Shown here one piece after another: positions 51,331 to 64,000 of a DNA stretch of 64,000 nucleotides (within the stretch, counting starts at the first letter, position 1; each line of letters begins with the position of its first letter). This stretch comes from Sphagnum compactum (Eukaryota), in the NCBI GenBank assembly GCA_965153455.1, contig OZ234493.1, forward strand, positions 35,826,213 to 35,890,212. Reading direction: 5' to 3'. Position numbers and translations under genes: made by a program. Below the pieces are notes generated by a model. It did no database searches. It saw only the letters and a list, made by a program, of their open reading frames with translations, and was not told the DNA's origin.

Positions 51331-54300
51331 TCATGACTTCATGGCTGCAGATATCTTAAATCCAGGCATTTCCAATGCAGATGCAAAATTCTCAACTTTA
51401 AACCTCAGCTCCACAATTTCACTATTGTCCTGTAGTCCTTTGATAAATTCCCGCTGTAGTTTTGCAGTCCCCTTTTGCACAACCAGGGTGATCTGCACTG
51501 CTTTGTGGAGAAATGATGCAATTGTGTCAAAATCAGTTTCAATGCAGCCACGGGATGTCATAGCAGGGGTTCCTGGTGGGGCAAACCAGGAAAAAAGCTT
51601 TAGAAGTCCTCCCACAACTTACCTTTACTTCAGACAAACGACCCACATTTGCAAATACACAACTGCGCCAAATCTCCTATTTCCAAGGACAACCATCAAT
51701 ATTGAGTATTCAAGTGCCAGGTTGAAATAACATACCAAGACGGATACCTCCAGGCTGCCAAGCACTACTGTCTCCATAGACAGCACTCTTATTCACAGTG
51801 ATGTGACATGCTTCACAGACTTCCTCAAACAGATTGCCTGCAGATAAATAGTACATTCACAAAACTAAGTACAAAATGTGTAGGGAAAAATGAAGTATAT
51901 AGGGACAAAGGAAAGGTAGAAAGACATGAAGCAACAGCAAGGAGAAGGGTCAACCTACAACCTGTCCAAGCAGAGCCAGCAGCAGAAATCAGATGATGGT
52001 CTTAGATGCTCAATTGTTATCACACTAGCATGTTTGCCTCTGCTGCTACTGTAGGAAAAATGTCACATGAAGGACACACCAGGATAAGCATGACAGGCAG
52101 ACAGAAAAGGGAAAGAGACAGATGGATAACCAAGACTGACCTGTAACACCAAATGGCCTGAGGTCCCAAAGTACTAAGTGGTTATCAGTCCCATCAGTCA
52201 CAAGTTTGCATCCTCGCCTCTTCAAACCATTAGCAAGTGCTTGAGCATTCTTTTTCACTTGCTTCATATACTCCTTGTACTCTGGTGATGCTGCCTGCTT
52301 CAGAGCTGTCGCTAGAGCTGCAACATGGTTATTGTGAGGTCCACCTTGTAGTGTTGGGTGGACTGCAAAATTAATATCCTTCTCAAAATTATGGACATCA
52401 TCTCCTGTTCGCTTGTGGGGCTTCAGTCCCTTCCTATAAAAGATCATGCCACCCCGTGGACCTCGTAAGGACTTGTGTGTGGTTGATGTCACAATATCAC
52501 AATAATCAAATGGGCTGTCACATTCCTGAACAGAAACACAAAACTTGTTCAGCAATATTCTTCTCAATCATGGTCACATAGTGTGCCCCTAAGGCCATGA
52601 GATGGGCTACAACTGAAGCAGAAATGTAATGAGTTGTACAATTCCAGCTTCCATGCTGAACACAATGTAATAAAAATGACATTTTACCTGACACTATGTA
52701 AGAACATCTACAACCATAAATCGCTTCACTAAAAAATGCCATCATCAGGTACATCTATAGTGGAAACCCATCAAAATCTAAGGGAGAAATAATCAAACAT
52801 GTGCAATTCTGGAACAGCATTAGGCAAATGAAAAGTAACACAGAGATCATAGTCCAACTAGGAGGGAATCAACTGATGGAATGCATGGTCCAACAACACA
52901 AGTAGGATTTGGGATCCTAACCTCAGCAGCAACAAGACCACTGATGTGAGCCATGTCACACATAAGAATAGCATTCACTCTGTTGGCAATTTGGCGGAAG
53001 CGACCATAGTCCCACTCACGGGGATATGAACTCCCTCCACAAATCAATATCTTTGGGCGAAAGAGTAACACTGTCTCCTCCAATTTTTCATAATCTATCA
53101 ACCCAGTCTCTGGGTGGACTTTGAATGGAAGGCTCTGAAAGTAAATTGAAGCAGCCGAGATCTTCTTTCCACTACACAAGTTTTCCGGACAAAAAAACCA
53201 ATACATAAGTATGGTGGCCTACTCAGTGCATGATAGACATAAAACTCCATTTCCCAGGGAGCTGCAACTTGTAACTGAAGGTGCAGGAAGGTCACACAAG
53301 TTCCAAGAATACTGACCTATGCGTGTGGTAACCATGGCTCACATGACCTCCTGACAAGACATCCAACCCCATGATGCGATCTTGAGGTTGCAAAAGGGCA
53401 GTGTACACAGAAAAATTTGCTGATGAACATGAATAGGATTGCACATTTACACCCCACTTTTCAGCATCAAGATGAAAAGCCGCCAATGCTCGTGATTGGC
53501 AAAGGGACTCAATCTGATCAATGTACTGATTGCCCTTATAGTATCGACTGCCAGGAAGACCCTCCGAATACTTGTTTGTCAGATGGCTGCCCAAAGCTTC
53601 GATAACAGCCAGTGAAGTGAAGTTCTCAGATGCTATAAGTTCAATACCTTTCCATTGCCGGAGCTTTTCTCTCTCCATCAACTCCCAAAGGTCAGGGTCA
53701 GATTGAGCTAGAGGCTTGTTACCCCACTCGTGCACACTTGGTCTTCTGGTTCCTCCACGGTCATGATGGTACTGGAAGGCTTCTTCATTCAAGCTCCAGC
53801 TTGATCCTGGATTCAGAGACGAATTGGGTGGAGCTCTAGGAATGGATTTCTGAGGATGCTCAGTTGGTACAACAGGCTGAAATGCACCATGGGATGTAGA
53901 CTGCGACAGTAGCTGTGAGCCCTGGCCCGGGCCACCTTGATACAAAATGGGTGGTTGGGCATCACAAGGGGACGCATGGGAAGCAACAGGAGAAGCTCGA
54001 AATGGAATTGTGCGATGGCGAGGCTGAAGAGGAGATCCCCTTCTCTTCACGCTTTGCAGATTCCCGACCGGTGCAAACGCGCCAGACGAAACCCTTGCTT
54101 CAGCACCACCAGCAGAATGTCGATTCTCATTGCCATCCTGACCAGCGCCGTGCATGGCCGTGTCTCCTCCTCCTCCCTGTGTCATCAATTGCAGCATGCC
54201 TTGCGATCGTAACTCCCCCATACTCATAGCCGGGAAATTCTCGCAGCTGGTGTTCAGGTGCATGGGCGATACCTGGAAAGAATCAGCGGCCGCACCGTCG

Positions 54301-54419
54301 TTGGAAAGAGCCGAATGTAAACTGCCCTCCTCTGCTCTATCATCACGTCCTCCACCTTGCTGCATCAAATGAAGCTTGTATCCCAAGGACAAATTCGGCT
54401 TCATCTCGTCACTATCCAT
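51331..54419 (-). CDS. SHMT: Serine hydroxymethyltransferase, SHM6/SHM7 (nuclear-type) clade, long N-terminal extension
   Basis: 5 exons: 54419-53317, 53171-52922, 52525-52141, 51837-51736, 51572-51331. Motifs: [56 protein letters not shown]-lysine motif [14 protein letters not shown] (K at 52472-52474), [29 protein letters not shown]. Confidence 0.95.
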
Positions 54420-55647
54420 CTTCTTCTTCTTCTTCTTCTTCGCTCGGTCGTTTGCAAAGCCAACCAAGGAAGGAAGGAAAACACCCTAGCCCCAACCTCA
54501 AACCCTAATCCGAACCTTTGCTTGCTTGCAATAAGGCCCCTTTCTCTCGCAAAGCTCCACTCTACAAAGCTCCAAGACTTACCGTTACAGACTACAAGAA
54601 TTTCCCTGCTGACGACAAGAGCCCGACTTCAAAAACGCGTGATTTCCATGAGCATTAGCAGTACTCCAAGGGCAACAGCATCCAGTTTTCCCTAACAACT
54701 CCCTTGCTTCCACAAACCAACACACTCTCGAGAAGCACACTAGCCTATGCATATTCTCTACTCTTCAAAATCGGAGTTCCTATTGCCTTGCGCTTGTAAA
54801 TTAGAAGCCGGAAATTGCCAAATTCCCGAAACCCCAGAGCTGGTGCTGCTTCTTCCTCTTCTTCTTCGAACGGGTTGAACGTCTGTAAGTGCATGCACGA
54901 CGCACAGGAAGGTGGCAAGCGGAGGATGTACCTAGAAGAGAATATGGACTTGGTTCCCTGCACCAGATCCATGCAGATCTTCGCTCCTGAAACCGATTAG
55001 GGTTCGATATTGACGTTTTGTGGGTGGCACTCCACTGCATAGGATTATCTTTTTTGCTCAAAAGAATCGACGTTGCAAGCTTTACATATTTCTTTGTGAT
55101 TGCAGTTGATTGCTCGCTTGCTTTTCCCATTGTCTTCTTCAGCATCATAGCAATGGAAAACCAACGCTCTCTGTACCAGCTCTCTGCACTGTCTTTTTTT
55201 CCTTTTTTCCTTTTCTCAGAGGATTTCCGAAGCATTGGTGAACAAGGGTTTTATTGTGGATGTACCCAAGGAGTAGTAATGGGTGAGGGGATGATGGTAC
55301 TGGAATGAACACCTTCACCAAGCATGAAGCCATTTGCTTTGATGTGGGTATTTTCAGAGCAACATGATGGAGTCATTCTGCTTGTTGCAATTGCCAAGGC
55401 TAGCTTTTGAAGGTGTCTTGAAACCGTAAACCCTTTTGCACCATCATCATCTACTCCTCCTTCCTCTAACAAGCTCTCTAAGATCACATTCATTCATTCT
55501 TGCAATACCTGATTAACCTCACACATCGTAAGCTCACATCTAGAAGTTTCCTTTTTCTGTCTGTCTGTCTGCAACCTAACTGTTGTTTCTGATCCATCTT
55601 CTCCTTTCCAGTTCTCTATGGATAACATGCAAGACTGTGTCAGTCAA

Positions 55648-55737
55648 GAGCATGCACCAGTAGACAAGAAGGACATTGATCCAAACTCCATTTTGTGAGT
55701 TTGGATCAATGTCCTTCTTGTCTACTGGTGCATGCTC
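55648..55737. ncRNA. Perfect 41-bp inverted repeat with 8-nt loop; candidate pre-miRNA / hairpin RNA
   Basis: 55648-55688 GAGCATGCACCAGTAGACAAGAAGGACATTGATCCAAACTC is the exact reverse complement of 55697-55737; loop CATTTTGT. The hairpin is certain, but its expression as an RNA is inferred. Confidence 0.5.
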
Positions 55738-58700
55738 GACAACAATGCAGTAAAAGCTTCCAATAAAGTTTGCTATTATCAAGGTAAGCAAGCCTTGTGA
55801 TGACAGCCTTTTGGTCCAACCCACTGTGGCGCAAGCTTTTTGATGTCACCTAAGTAAGTGGCATGTGCTACCCAAACACGATGGTGATGTCATGAGGTTT
55901 GTAATGTTCTTCATCATGTAATTTCCTGTGGTTTCTCTTAGTTTGGATATTTGTCAATCTTGATGGGTTTGGAATTTTTCAGTCTGGTAGATAGATTGCA
56001 GGTTTTGAATCGTCAGTTCTTGCCATATCTGATAATTTATCCTATGAAAGGGCTGTACAGGTAGTATGCCTCCTTGCTGAAAGAAGCATGATGTGGATTA
56101 TTCTACAGGTGGAAACTACCTTTTTTGTTTCTGGTAACAAAGTTTACGGCACCAAAACTTGAAGCTGGAGCATCAATTCATCTCCTGATCCACGGTTGAC
56201 TTTGGGGAACCAAGCAGGTGGAAGAGGAGATTTACCATGAGGATTTGAAAAACCCTAAAATTGGGGCCCTAACAGCAAACCATGCACATATATTGAAAGG
56301 TGAGATTATTGTTGACAAGTTTGAACTTGATGATTTTGTTGGATTTTGCACTCATCAGTTTGTAAGTCACTATAATTGAGAAGTTTGCTGGGTAATGTGG
56401 TATTCTTGATGTTGTCTAATCACTGATCTACTGGAGATGAGCCAGTTGTTCAATAGCATCTAGCTGAACAGTCTTGTCATCAACAGTATTGATCTGGTCA
56501 CTGGGAGAGGTTCAGTCTTGCAAGGCATTTCTTCACAGGTGTTTGGGTTAACGAATGAGGAGGAGCTGCTTTCTGAAGAGGCAAGCAAAGAACCCAGAAA
56601 ATCTTATTTCTTTTAATTGATGTTTCAACACAACCTTTGGTCTTTGAGTTCAAAGAAATCACTCTTGACAGTGTGGACCCCATGTTTGGTGAGGCAGTCA
56701 TCACTGCCATCAAATGGGCTGATGCAATTTTTTACAACTTGGCTAGACGCAATATGAATTGCATCAACATCATCCCATTTTGTCCTCTAGTGTGTTTGGC
56801 TTTGAGGAGGAGGTTTTATATGCCAGAGACATGGGGGATAGTCATGGTTTCTGCTGTGTACATTGTGCCATTTCTCTGGTATATGATGGAGTCTTAACAC
56901 ACTAACTGTAAAAGACCCAATTTCAACATCCACTTCAATCGATACAACAGCCATGGCAATGCGATTATGAACTAGATGTATGATTTCTTCCTTGATAATT
57001 GCATTGTTCACGACCACGTATTGGGAGTTGATCAAAAGGCTTATTGACCAAGCACATGGAATGGTTTTAGAAGGAGCCATGTTTGTTTGTTTGTTTGTTT
57101 TCACATCTTCATGGAAGGAGGCCTCATACATTTGGCCTTTGTGAAGGTCTAATTTATGGGGCCATTCGTGCTTTTTTGGGAAGGTCCACAAAAGGGGATG
57201 AAGTTCTAAATTGAGACATGACATGAAGTATTTGGTTCAAATCAATCCACTATGGTGCCAAATGTATACCAAATATCTTGTGTGAAGTTGCATGTGAAAA
57301 TATAACAATGTAGTTTCAGGTACCTTGTTAAAGGCTATCATGGAGAACGAGAGCTTAAATACTAGAGATTGCACTACGAACAATCCATGGTATGTGAAAG
57401 GGGCTTTCAATAAACCAAAGGTACACATGTCATGTCTTTCACCTTGTAGGTACGGAACTATAGTAAGGTTGCATATATACCTGGTTAATGCTCAATGTTC
57501 TCACGCGCGGTGCGTGGTGGTGGTTCTTAATAGGTTATGATAAGATTGTCAAATGTTTGTCCATCTCTTTGCAAGTAAATGTATCAAACAATGAAAAGCA
57601 AGTTATTGTTAAAGATGGTTATCAATGTTGGGCAATTTTGAATTGTACTTGTCCATTGGGTATTGGTATGAAATGGTTATTGAAACAAGTGAAATGAGCA
57701 CAACATTATTCAAAAAGTTTCTATTGCAAATTGTCAAAGAGTTTGAAGCACTTTGTGACCATCCTTAAATTTGGTCACATTAACATAATTATCTATTGGA
57801 TTAGAAACTAGATGTGTACATAGACTTGCACCCATTACCTCTGACTTTGACCATATTTTGGCTACCGATTATATACTCAAAATTGAAAGCTCAAATAAGT
57901 CATTTTATGTTTGTCCATAATCAACACATATATTACACCCATTCATTGAAAATTACAAGGTATCCTTTGAAGTTTAGTTGTGCATCTGAGTGCCTCTCCT
58001 TGTTTTACCTTGAACCTCTTTATTAGCAATTTTTTGCTAAATTGAAGAGCTTCAAAACAGTTTTTAAATGTTCAAGTTTCCGATTTTCCTTGGAGTTACA
58101 ATACATTTTTGACACAAAAATCAGTTGTTGGTTTCAATGTGGTAAAGCATTATACTTACTACCTTGGCAAGCTTTGACACTAATTATATTATTTTTCAGA
58201 AATGTTGAAATTTTCCCCCCAAAAAAATCTAATGAATTTTATTTTTTTAAAAGGAAAGTATGGAATCTTTTTTAATATTTTATTTTTTCAAAATGAAAAT
58301 TCCACAATTAATTAATTAATTATTTGACAAACAACATGTCAAAGGTGCTAAGTAGTTTTGGAAATTGGTTACCTTCAATTTAGGTACTTATTACTTACAT
58401 TATTTTTGGCTCCCAACAAACTCCGATTTTGAGCATGTAAATGCAAGTGATTTCCGCTCATGTTTTGGGGCATGTATATGTACAACATTTATATATTCTT
58501 AATTATTATCGTAGTACTTGAACAATTTGAGCAATAAATTAAATTATTTTTTGTTTAACCAATTTTTTGAATTTTTATTTATTATTTGTGCCAAAATTTT
58601 AATAAAATTAAAAGTTGAATTGTCAAGTTTGAACCGAAAACCTTAAAGTATAGAAAGTTAAGACTGAAACAATCTAGACACATTAAACTATTCCATTAAA

Positions 58701-61394
58701 AAAATTGTTTATTATTTTATACAACCATTAGCTATTGAAATTTTCAAAATTAAAAAAATCAAGTGCTGAAGTTAGGAATTAAAATTTAACTAATTATTCG
58801 ACAATTTGTTGCCGAAATCGTTCAACACACCCCCAATGTTGGTGCATCCCAAAGCTCAATGTTTTCGTTTGCAATGGGCCACTTTAATTGGCCAAATACA
58901 CAAACAAAAAAAAACCTAATGCTCTTCATACTTTCCACAAAAGAAAACATTCAATACCTTTATGAGAATGTGCAAGAGCTTCCCTTTAGCTCAAGTATAT
59001 ATGATACAAAAGCAAACTTTTGAGCAAAGGATATGGGACAAATTGTGTTGCTACCTCCTTGTGTGCATGTTGCACACCTCAATTGCTTGAGAAAAAATTT
59101 CCATTCCTTACTTTATTCATCACTATTTTTGGCATAGGCTTTTCACAAGAGCTTGGGTACCTATTCGGATTCATATTGATTACTTAAATTAGATGTGGTG
59201 CATCTCCAAACTTTCTTGTTTGTTTGCTCTTTTTTTTTTGGCGGGGGGGGGGGTTTTGGTGCAATGGGCCTCATTGATTGGGCCATCATCCCAAAAAAAA
59301 GCTTAATCTGAACATCCCCTCTCCCCCCCCAAATAGAAGTGACACACTTTTTACATTGTCATGTAAAGTTGTGTAATTTTATTTAAAAGCTTTTCAATCA
59401 GTTCGTTCCCTTTTTTTTCATTATTGTTCCCAAAAAGTAAAGGAGTAGATGAATTCAAAACTTTCAAAGGGTAAAAATAAGAACCTAATTGGTAAGGGGG
59501 ATGATCGTTGCTACATGTTGGGTGTGAAAAAAATATAAGAATACAACAACATTCTTTGAAGTTTTGGGAGTTGAAGCTTGACAAGGGATTGAGAAAATTT
59601 CCCTTGAAAATTTCCCAAAATTTGGCAATCCACAACTACTTACAAGGTGGTCATAGCAAAACTAGTGGGTACAAAACTATCCACATTTCATTGTTGTTTG
59701 AATAGCCATTTTGCAAACTTATGGAATTTTTTAAATGGGCCACCAAGTGAGTCGTCTGACCTTTAGGTTGTTGCACTTTTCTATTTAACCCTATTTTAAC
59801 CCTATGCATCCATTTAACCCTAATTCAAACAAAAAGGTTATTCCACACAAGACAAATCAAAAACCCCTCTCTCTCGGCCATTCACCCAACAACACTTTTG
59901 TGGACAATCTTGAGTTCCCAACATCCAGGCTTGATAAGAAAGTAAGAAAAGATAACACAAAAAGTCATAAAGTTATACCCACAATTGCACATGATACACA
60001 AGAGAAGGTGCTCATTTGCACACAAATCTTCAGGGGCCATGCCATGCAGGTGCCACTTGTGTCATTTCCCCCTTTGCCTCCAAAGTAAGGTCCCCAAAGT
60101 AAGCTCTCAAGAATTCCAGTTCCAAGAAATGAGGAAATAGGGTTTTGGAAATGTTAATAGCTTTATATATTAATATAAAGCTATTAACAAAGCTACTATA
60201 TAATATTAATATTCTATAATGAATCCAAACACAATATCCTTGCCTTGGTAGTAGGCAAGGCCAATAAATAATAAATTAGAACCAGACAAGAGTGGTCCAC
60301 ACTTGCAAAAATACCTTTTTTTTGTTGCAACCTGAGAGGGTCATGCTTTACTTGGGTGCCTCTTTTGCCGGTCTTGTCAATAAGGTGGTAGACTTTTAGT
60401 TTTCCGGCTATCGGGTTGCTACGTGTGGCTTTGAATATATAAAAAAATTAGACCCCCTTTACCCGGGGGAGGGGGCAGGGGAGAAAAAAAAAACAAAAAA
60501 AAAAACTTGATAACGGAGGAGACGCGGATATACCGTATATAATAACTTTAATACTTTCCATTTCCTTGATTTCAGGACTTGGCCAACTCCTTTTTTGTGG
60601 ATTAATTGACAAATTGTTAATTAATTAATATTAAAATTTTCAATTATAGAAATTAACCCTAAAGCCTTGTCTATAATTGACAAATTGTTGTCCCATTGTT
60701 TTTCAAATAAATAAAAAGCTAGTCAGCACCGGTAATGATGTTAGTTGAGCACATCAAAAAATAAAATAAAATAAATTGGGTGTTTGCAAGGCCTTTAACA
60801 TGAAGGGGCCGCAGGCAGGCCTTTTCTTCAGCTGTGAAAGTGAAGAAAGGCAGCTGCAGAAACTACCATTCACAGTGGTATTTTCAGAAAGGATTTGAAG
60901 AAAGCTCATTCATTTTGAGAGGAGTTTGTGCAATGTTGGGGGTGAGGGGTAAACCTTGCTCCTGGATCTGATGTTTGGTTATTGGGTCATTTCTTTAGTT
61001 TTCCAAGAAAGCAAACATGAGCTTATTGATCTTGGTTACTTAAGAATACAAAAGAGACTCATATTCTTGAATTTGATTCCCTGAATTCTATGAAAATTTC
61101 AACCTAGGGAAATGGGTTACATTCATATCTAAAAGAAGGAGATTCAATTTCTCATCAACTATACACTAGGTGATCATGGAGAGACTATATAGAGATGGGT
61201 GGATAGCATCAAGCCACTTGGGATTTCCCATATTCAAGAATTAGGGTTTAGGGTTTAGACAATCCTGGATATGGGCAAAGAGTGGGGAGAGCTTTGCAAT
61301 TTCATACTTTGTTGATGTTGAGCTTTTCACTTTTGGCTCCTCCACAGTATTATTGTCCTTTCATTTTGCAAGATAACTTTGTTGCCATAAAGAT

Positions 61395-62435
61395 AGCTTT
61401 AGAACTTTTGGTTCTTGTGCTTTTACATTATTGTCTACAAAGCTTTCATTTTTCTTGTTTATGTGTGTAGTTCTAGAGCTATAAGTTTGTTGGGTATATG
61501 TTTGCAACTCCAGAGCTCCCAAGATCTTGCTTATGCGTGTAGCTCTAGAGCTTCCAATTTCTTAACTATGCATCCAACTCCAAAGCTTCCATTTGTCTTG
61601 TTATTGTGTGTAACTCTAGGGTTTTCAATTTTCCTGGCTTTCAGTTTTGTTGCTTCTGCATGTTATTCCAAAGTTTTTGGTCAACTTCTATTGTTGATTT
61701 AGGGCTTCTAGTTTCTTACTCCTTTGTAGCATATGTTTTTATTCGACTTAAGGTTTTTGTGCATTGATGGTTTGTGCACAAGGAGCTTGTGTCATCAAGG
61801 GCTTCTACAATTCAAATGGTGTTCACAATCATAATCAATTAAGTTTTTCATAATGCCTTTTCTTTTTTTGTTTTTACATTAAATCTAATTTTTTGGCTCC
61901 TTTCGCTCTTTTTGGTTTATGTTTGCATCTCCAAAGTTTTCAATTTTGTTGCTTATGTGTGCAACTCCAAAACTTTCAAGTTTATTGTTTATGCATTACT
62001 AGCTCTAGAGCTTTCAATTTTGTTGCTTATGTGTGCAACTTCAAAACTTTCAAGTTTATTGTTTATGCATTACTAGCTCTAGAGCTTTCAATTTTGTTGC
62101 ATGTACATGGACTCGTGGAACTCCATACCTTTCAAGTTTGTTGTTTATCATGCATTACTCATTTTAGAGTTTTCAATTTTGTTACTTATGTGTGCAACAT
62201 TAGAGCTTTTAGGTTTATGGCTTATGTGTTATTAGTTGTAGAGCTTTTGATTTTTTTGCTTCTAGGTGTGGCTCCAAAGTTTTTAGTTGACTTCCATCAT
62301 TGATTCAAGGATTCTAGTTTCTCGCTCCTTTGCAAATTCTATTTCGATTCAAGTACTAATTTCAAGTGTTAACTCATCGTCATAATCAAGTAAATTTTTC
62401 TCAATCTTTTTTTTTGTTTTTACTTGAATTAAATC
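61395..62435 (+). repeat. Nested tandem repeat: ~37-bp subunits (74-bp dimers) inside two diverged ~550-600-bp blocks
   Basis: (C)TCTAGAGCTTTCAATTTTGTTGCTTATGTGTGCAACT and CAAAACTTTCAAGTTTATTGTTTATGCATTACTAG alternate at 61930-62260. Block tails match: ~61700-61890 versus ~62305-62435 (TTCTAGTTTCT..CTCCTTTG..TCATAATCAA..TTTTTGTTTTTAC..TTAAATC). Confidence 0.8.
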
Positions 62436-63254
62436 ACAAGTTCTAGGGTTTCGTGCTCAAATGTGCATGGTGTGGGTGGTGGTGTGTTGTGTGTTGTCCT
62501 TGTGCATTCTAAGGTTTGTTGTTCAAGTGTGCAGTGCATAGTGTGGGTGTTGTGTTGTTCTTGTGCACAAAGCCTATTTGGAACTTTGTAATGGCTGAAG
62601 ACAAAAGTTTTGTTCTTGAATCCATGGGTGGAATTGATGAAGTTACCCCTAATGTGAATATATGTCAACCTTCTCACTATTTGTCAAATGTGAAAAGTGT
62701 CCACCAACAATGTGATCAAAGTGATGTACTAGTGTTTAATAAGGCACATCTTCAAGTTATGGAAATTCAAGCTTTGTTATGGAAATTGCATAACAAAACT
62801 TCTATTTGTTGGAGTTCAAGAATAATGTCAAATCTTAAGGAAGTAGTAGTAGTAGTAGTAGTGCCAAAAGAAGCTTTGCAAAGCAACAATAACGCAAAGG
62901 GAAACAACAGCAAGCACTAGGGGACGCACAAAGGGAAGCTAGCAACAAAGAAAGACAAACGCATGAAAATACACAATGCAAGAAGACAACCCCCCCCCCC
63001 CCCCGCTGTGTGAATGCGTGCCAGGGGCGGCGTGGGGACCAAAATCGTTGGAGAATCGGGCCAGTACAAGGGAGTTCCGTTCCGACACGGTTCACGATTC
63101 TGCGGACCCCTTACCACAAACTTGGTCCTGAAGGCGCGGGGGTCGTCGGACAACAGAGAATATCCACCAGCATCAATGAACCTTTGCATTGTTTTCTCGC
63201 TCATTCCTTGGTATATTCTCTCCTCGACTCTATTCTGTCGCGGGAACCAAGCTC

Positions 63255-64000
63255 TCTCTTGACTCTCCACCTCTTCGCCAGCCAGCAGCCGTCACCAATA
63301 AGTCTTATTACTGTTTCGATTCGGTTTATTTATTTTTCTTTCTTTCTTTCTTTCTTTCTCTCTCTCTTCCAGGTTGATCCAAATCGCAAGCAATGTCGTC
63401 GTGTCAAAGCTTAAGTTAGCGCGGTTCTTTCGTTCTCGATTCTATCAACATTGCTTCCGTTCCGTGTTTTGAAAGTCCTTTTAAATAGTGATGGTTTCGG
63501 TTTTGCCAAAAAAATAAAAAAATTCAAACCCCCTCTCCTCCCTACCTCCCTCCCTCCCTCTCCTCGTACAGACGGCTGCGTGGAGTTTGAGAACAAGACA
63601 GTTAAGACAGAAGACGAAGAAGAAGAACGAGGAGAAAGGGAAAGGAGGAGAGGAGGCTGGTGGTGGACGTTTGCTGTTTGAGGTATTTAGCTTTGCACAT
63701 CCCGGATTTTGACGCTTGCTTGAATTGTTGATTGGATCTCGTCTCGGATCTGTAAATCAGGAATTGATTGTGAGTTGATAATAATGTGACAGAATAGATG
63801 TAGGTCAAGTCCTTTTTTTGTCGGGGAGCAAATGATCTCAGAGCTTCACTGGTTGGAAACCGTGACAATGATTGTTTTGATTGTCGTTGGAATTTTGCAG
63901 AGTTTGTAGGCGTTCCTGGATTATTATGCGATAGAGATGTACGCGGTGGAGGATTGGGAGCGAAGAAGAGACATTTTGTACTAGGTTGAGCTACCAGTGT
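63255..64000 (+). other. Probable promoter / spliced 5' leader of a gene continuing beyond the window
   Basis: Rise in GC and CpG content, CT- and GA-rich tracts, pyrimidine tract + CAG ending at 63372, possible donor GAG|GTATTT at ~63683 and acceptor TTTTGCAG at 63900. No recognisable CDS. Confidence 0.4.

Noticed and set aside
143-54419. Functional gene cluster linking dynein, CHK, EXL and SHMT
   Set aside because: No shared pathway or shared regulatory motif is visible; adjacency alone is not evidence in a plant genome.
61893-62303. 136-aa hydrophobic ORF or LRR-like peptide
   Set aside because: Translation of the 37/74-bp tandem repeat; the periodicity is not codon-compatible.

Overview
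Eukaryotic, intron-rich, AT-rich land-plant DNA. An axonemal dynein together with a CHASE-domain histidine kinase points to a plant with flagellated sperm, most likely a bryophyte; a moss such as Sphagnum is my guess and is not tested. Four protein-coding genes can be spliced by hand: (1) the 3' part of an inner-arm I1/f-alpha (DNAH10-type) dynein heavy chain, 51 exons, 143-22955 (+); (2) a non-classical CHASE hybrid histidine kinase, 15 exons, 33912-40396 (+); (3) an intronless EXORDIUM-like/Phi-1 gene, 47191-48342 (+); (4) an SHM6/SHM7-type serine hydroxymethyltransferase with a long N-terminal extension, 5 exons, 51331-54419 (-). Intergenic DNA holds a decayed hAT-like transposase, dispersed repeats and minisatellites. 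Two unexplained structures stand out. One is an array of about 17 copies of the palindrome CAGTT-N4(to N10)-AACTG upstream of the kinase, with a compensatory CCGTT/AACGG variant. The other is a perfect 41-bp stem-loop at 55648-55737 that looks like a young miRNA or hairpin-RNA precursor. All coordinates were read by eye and no searches were run.
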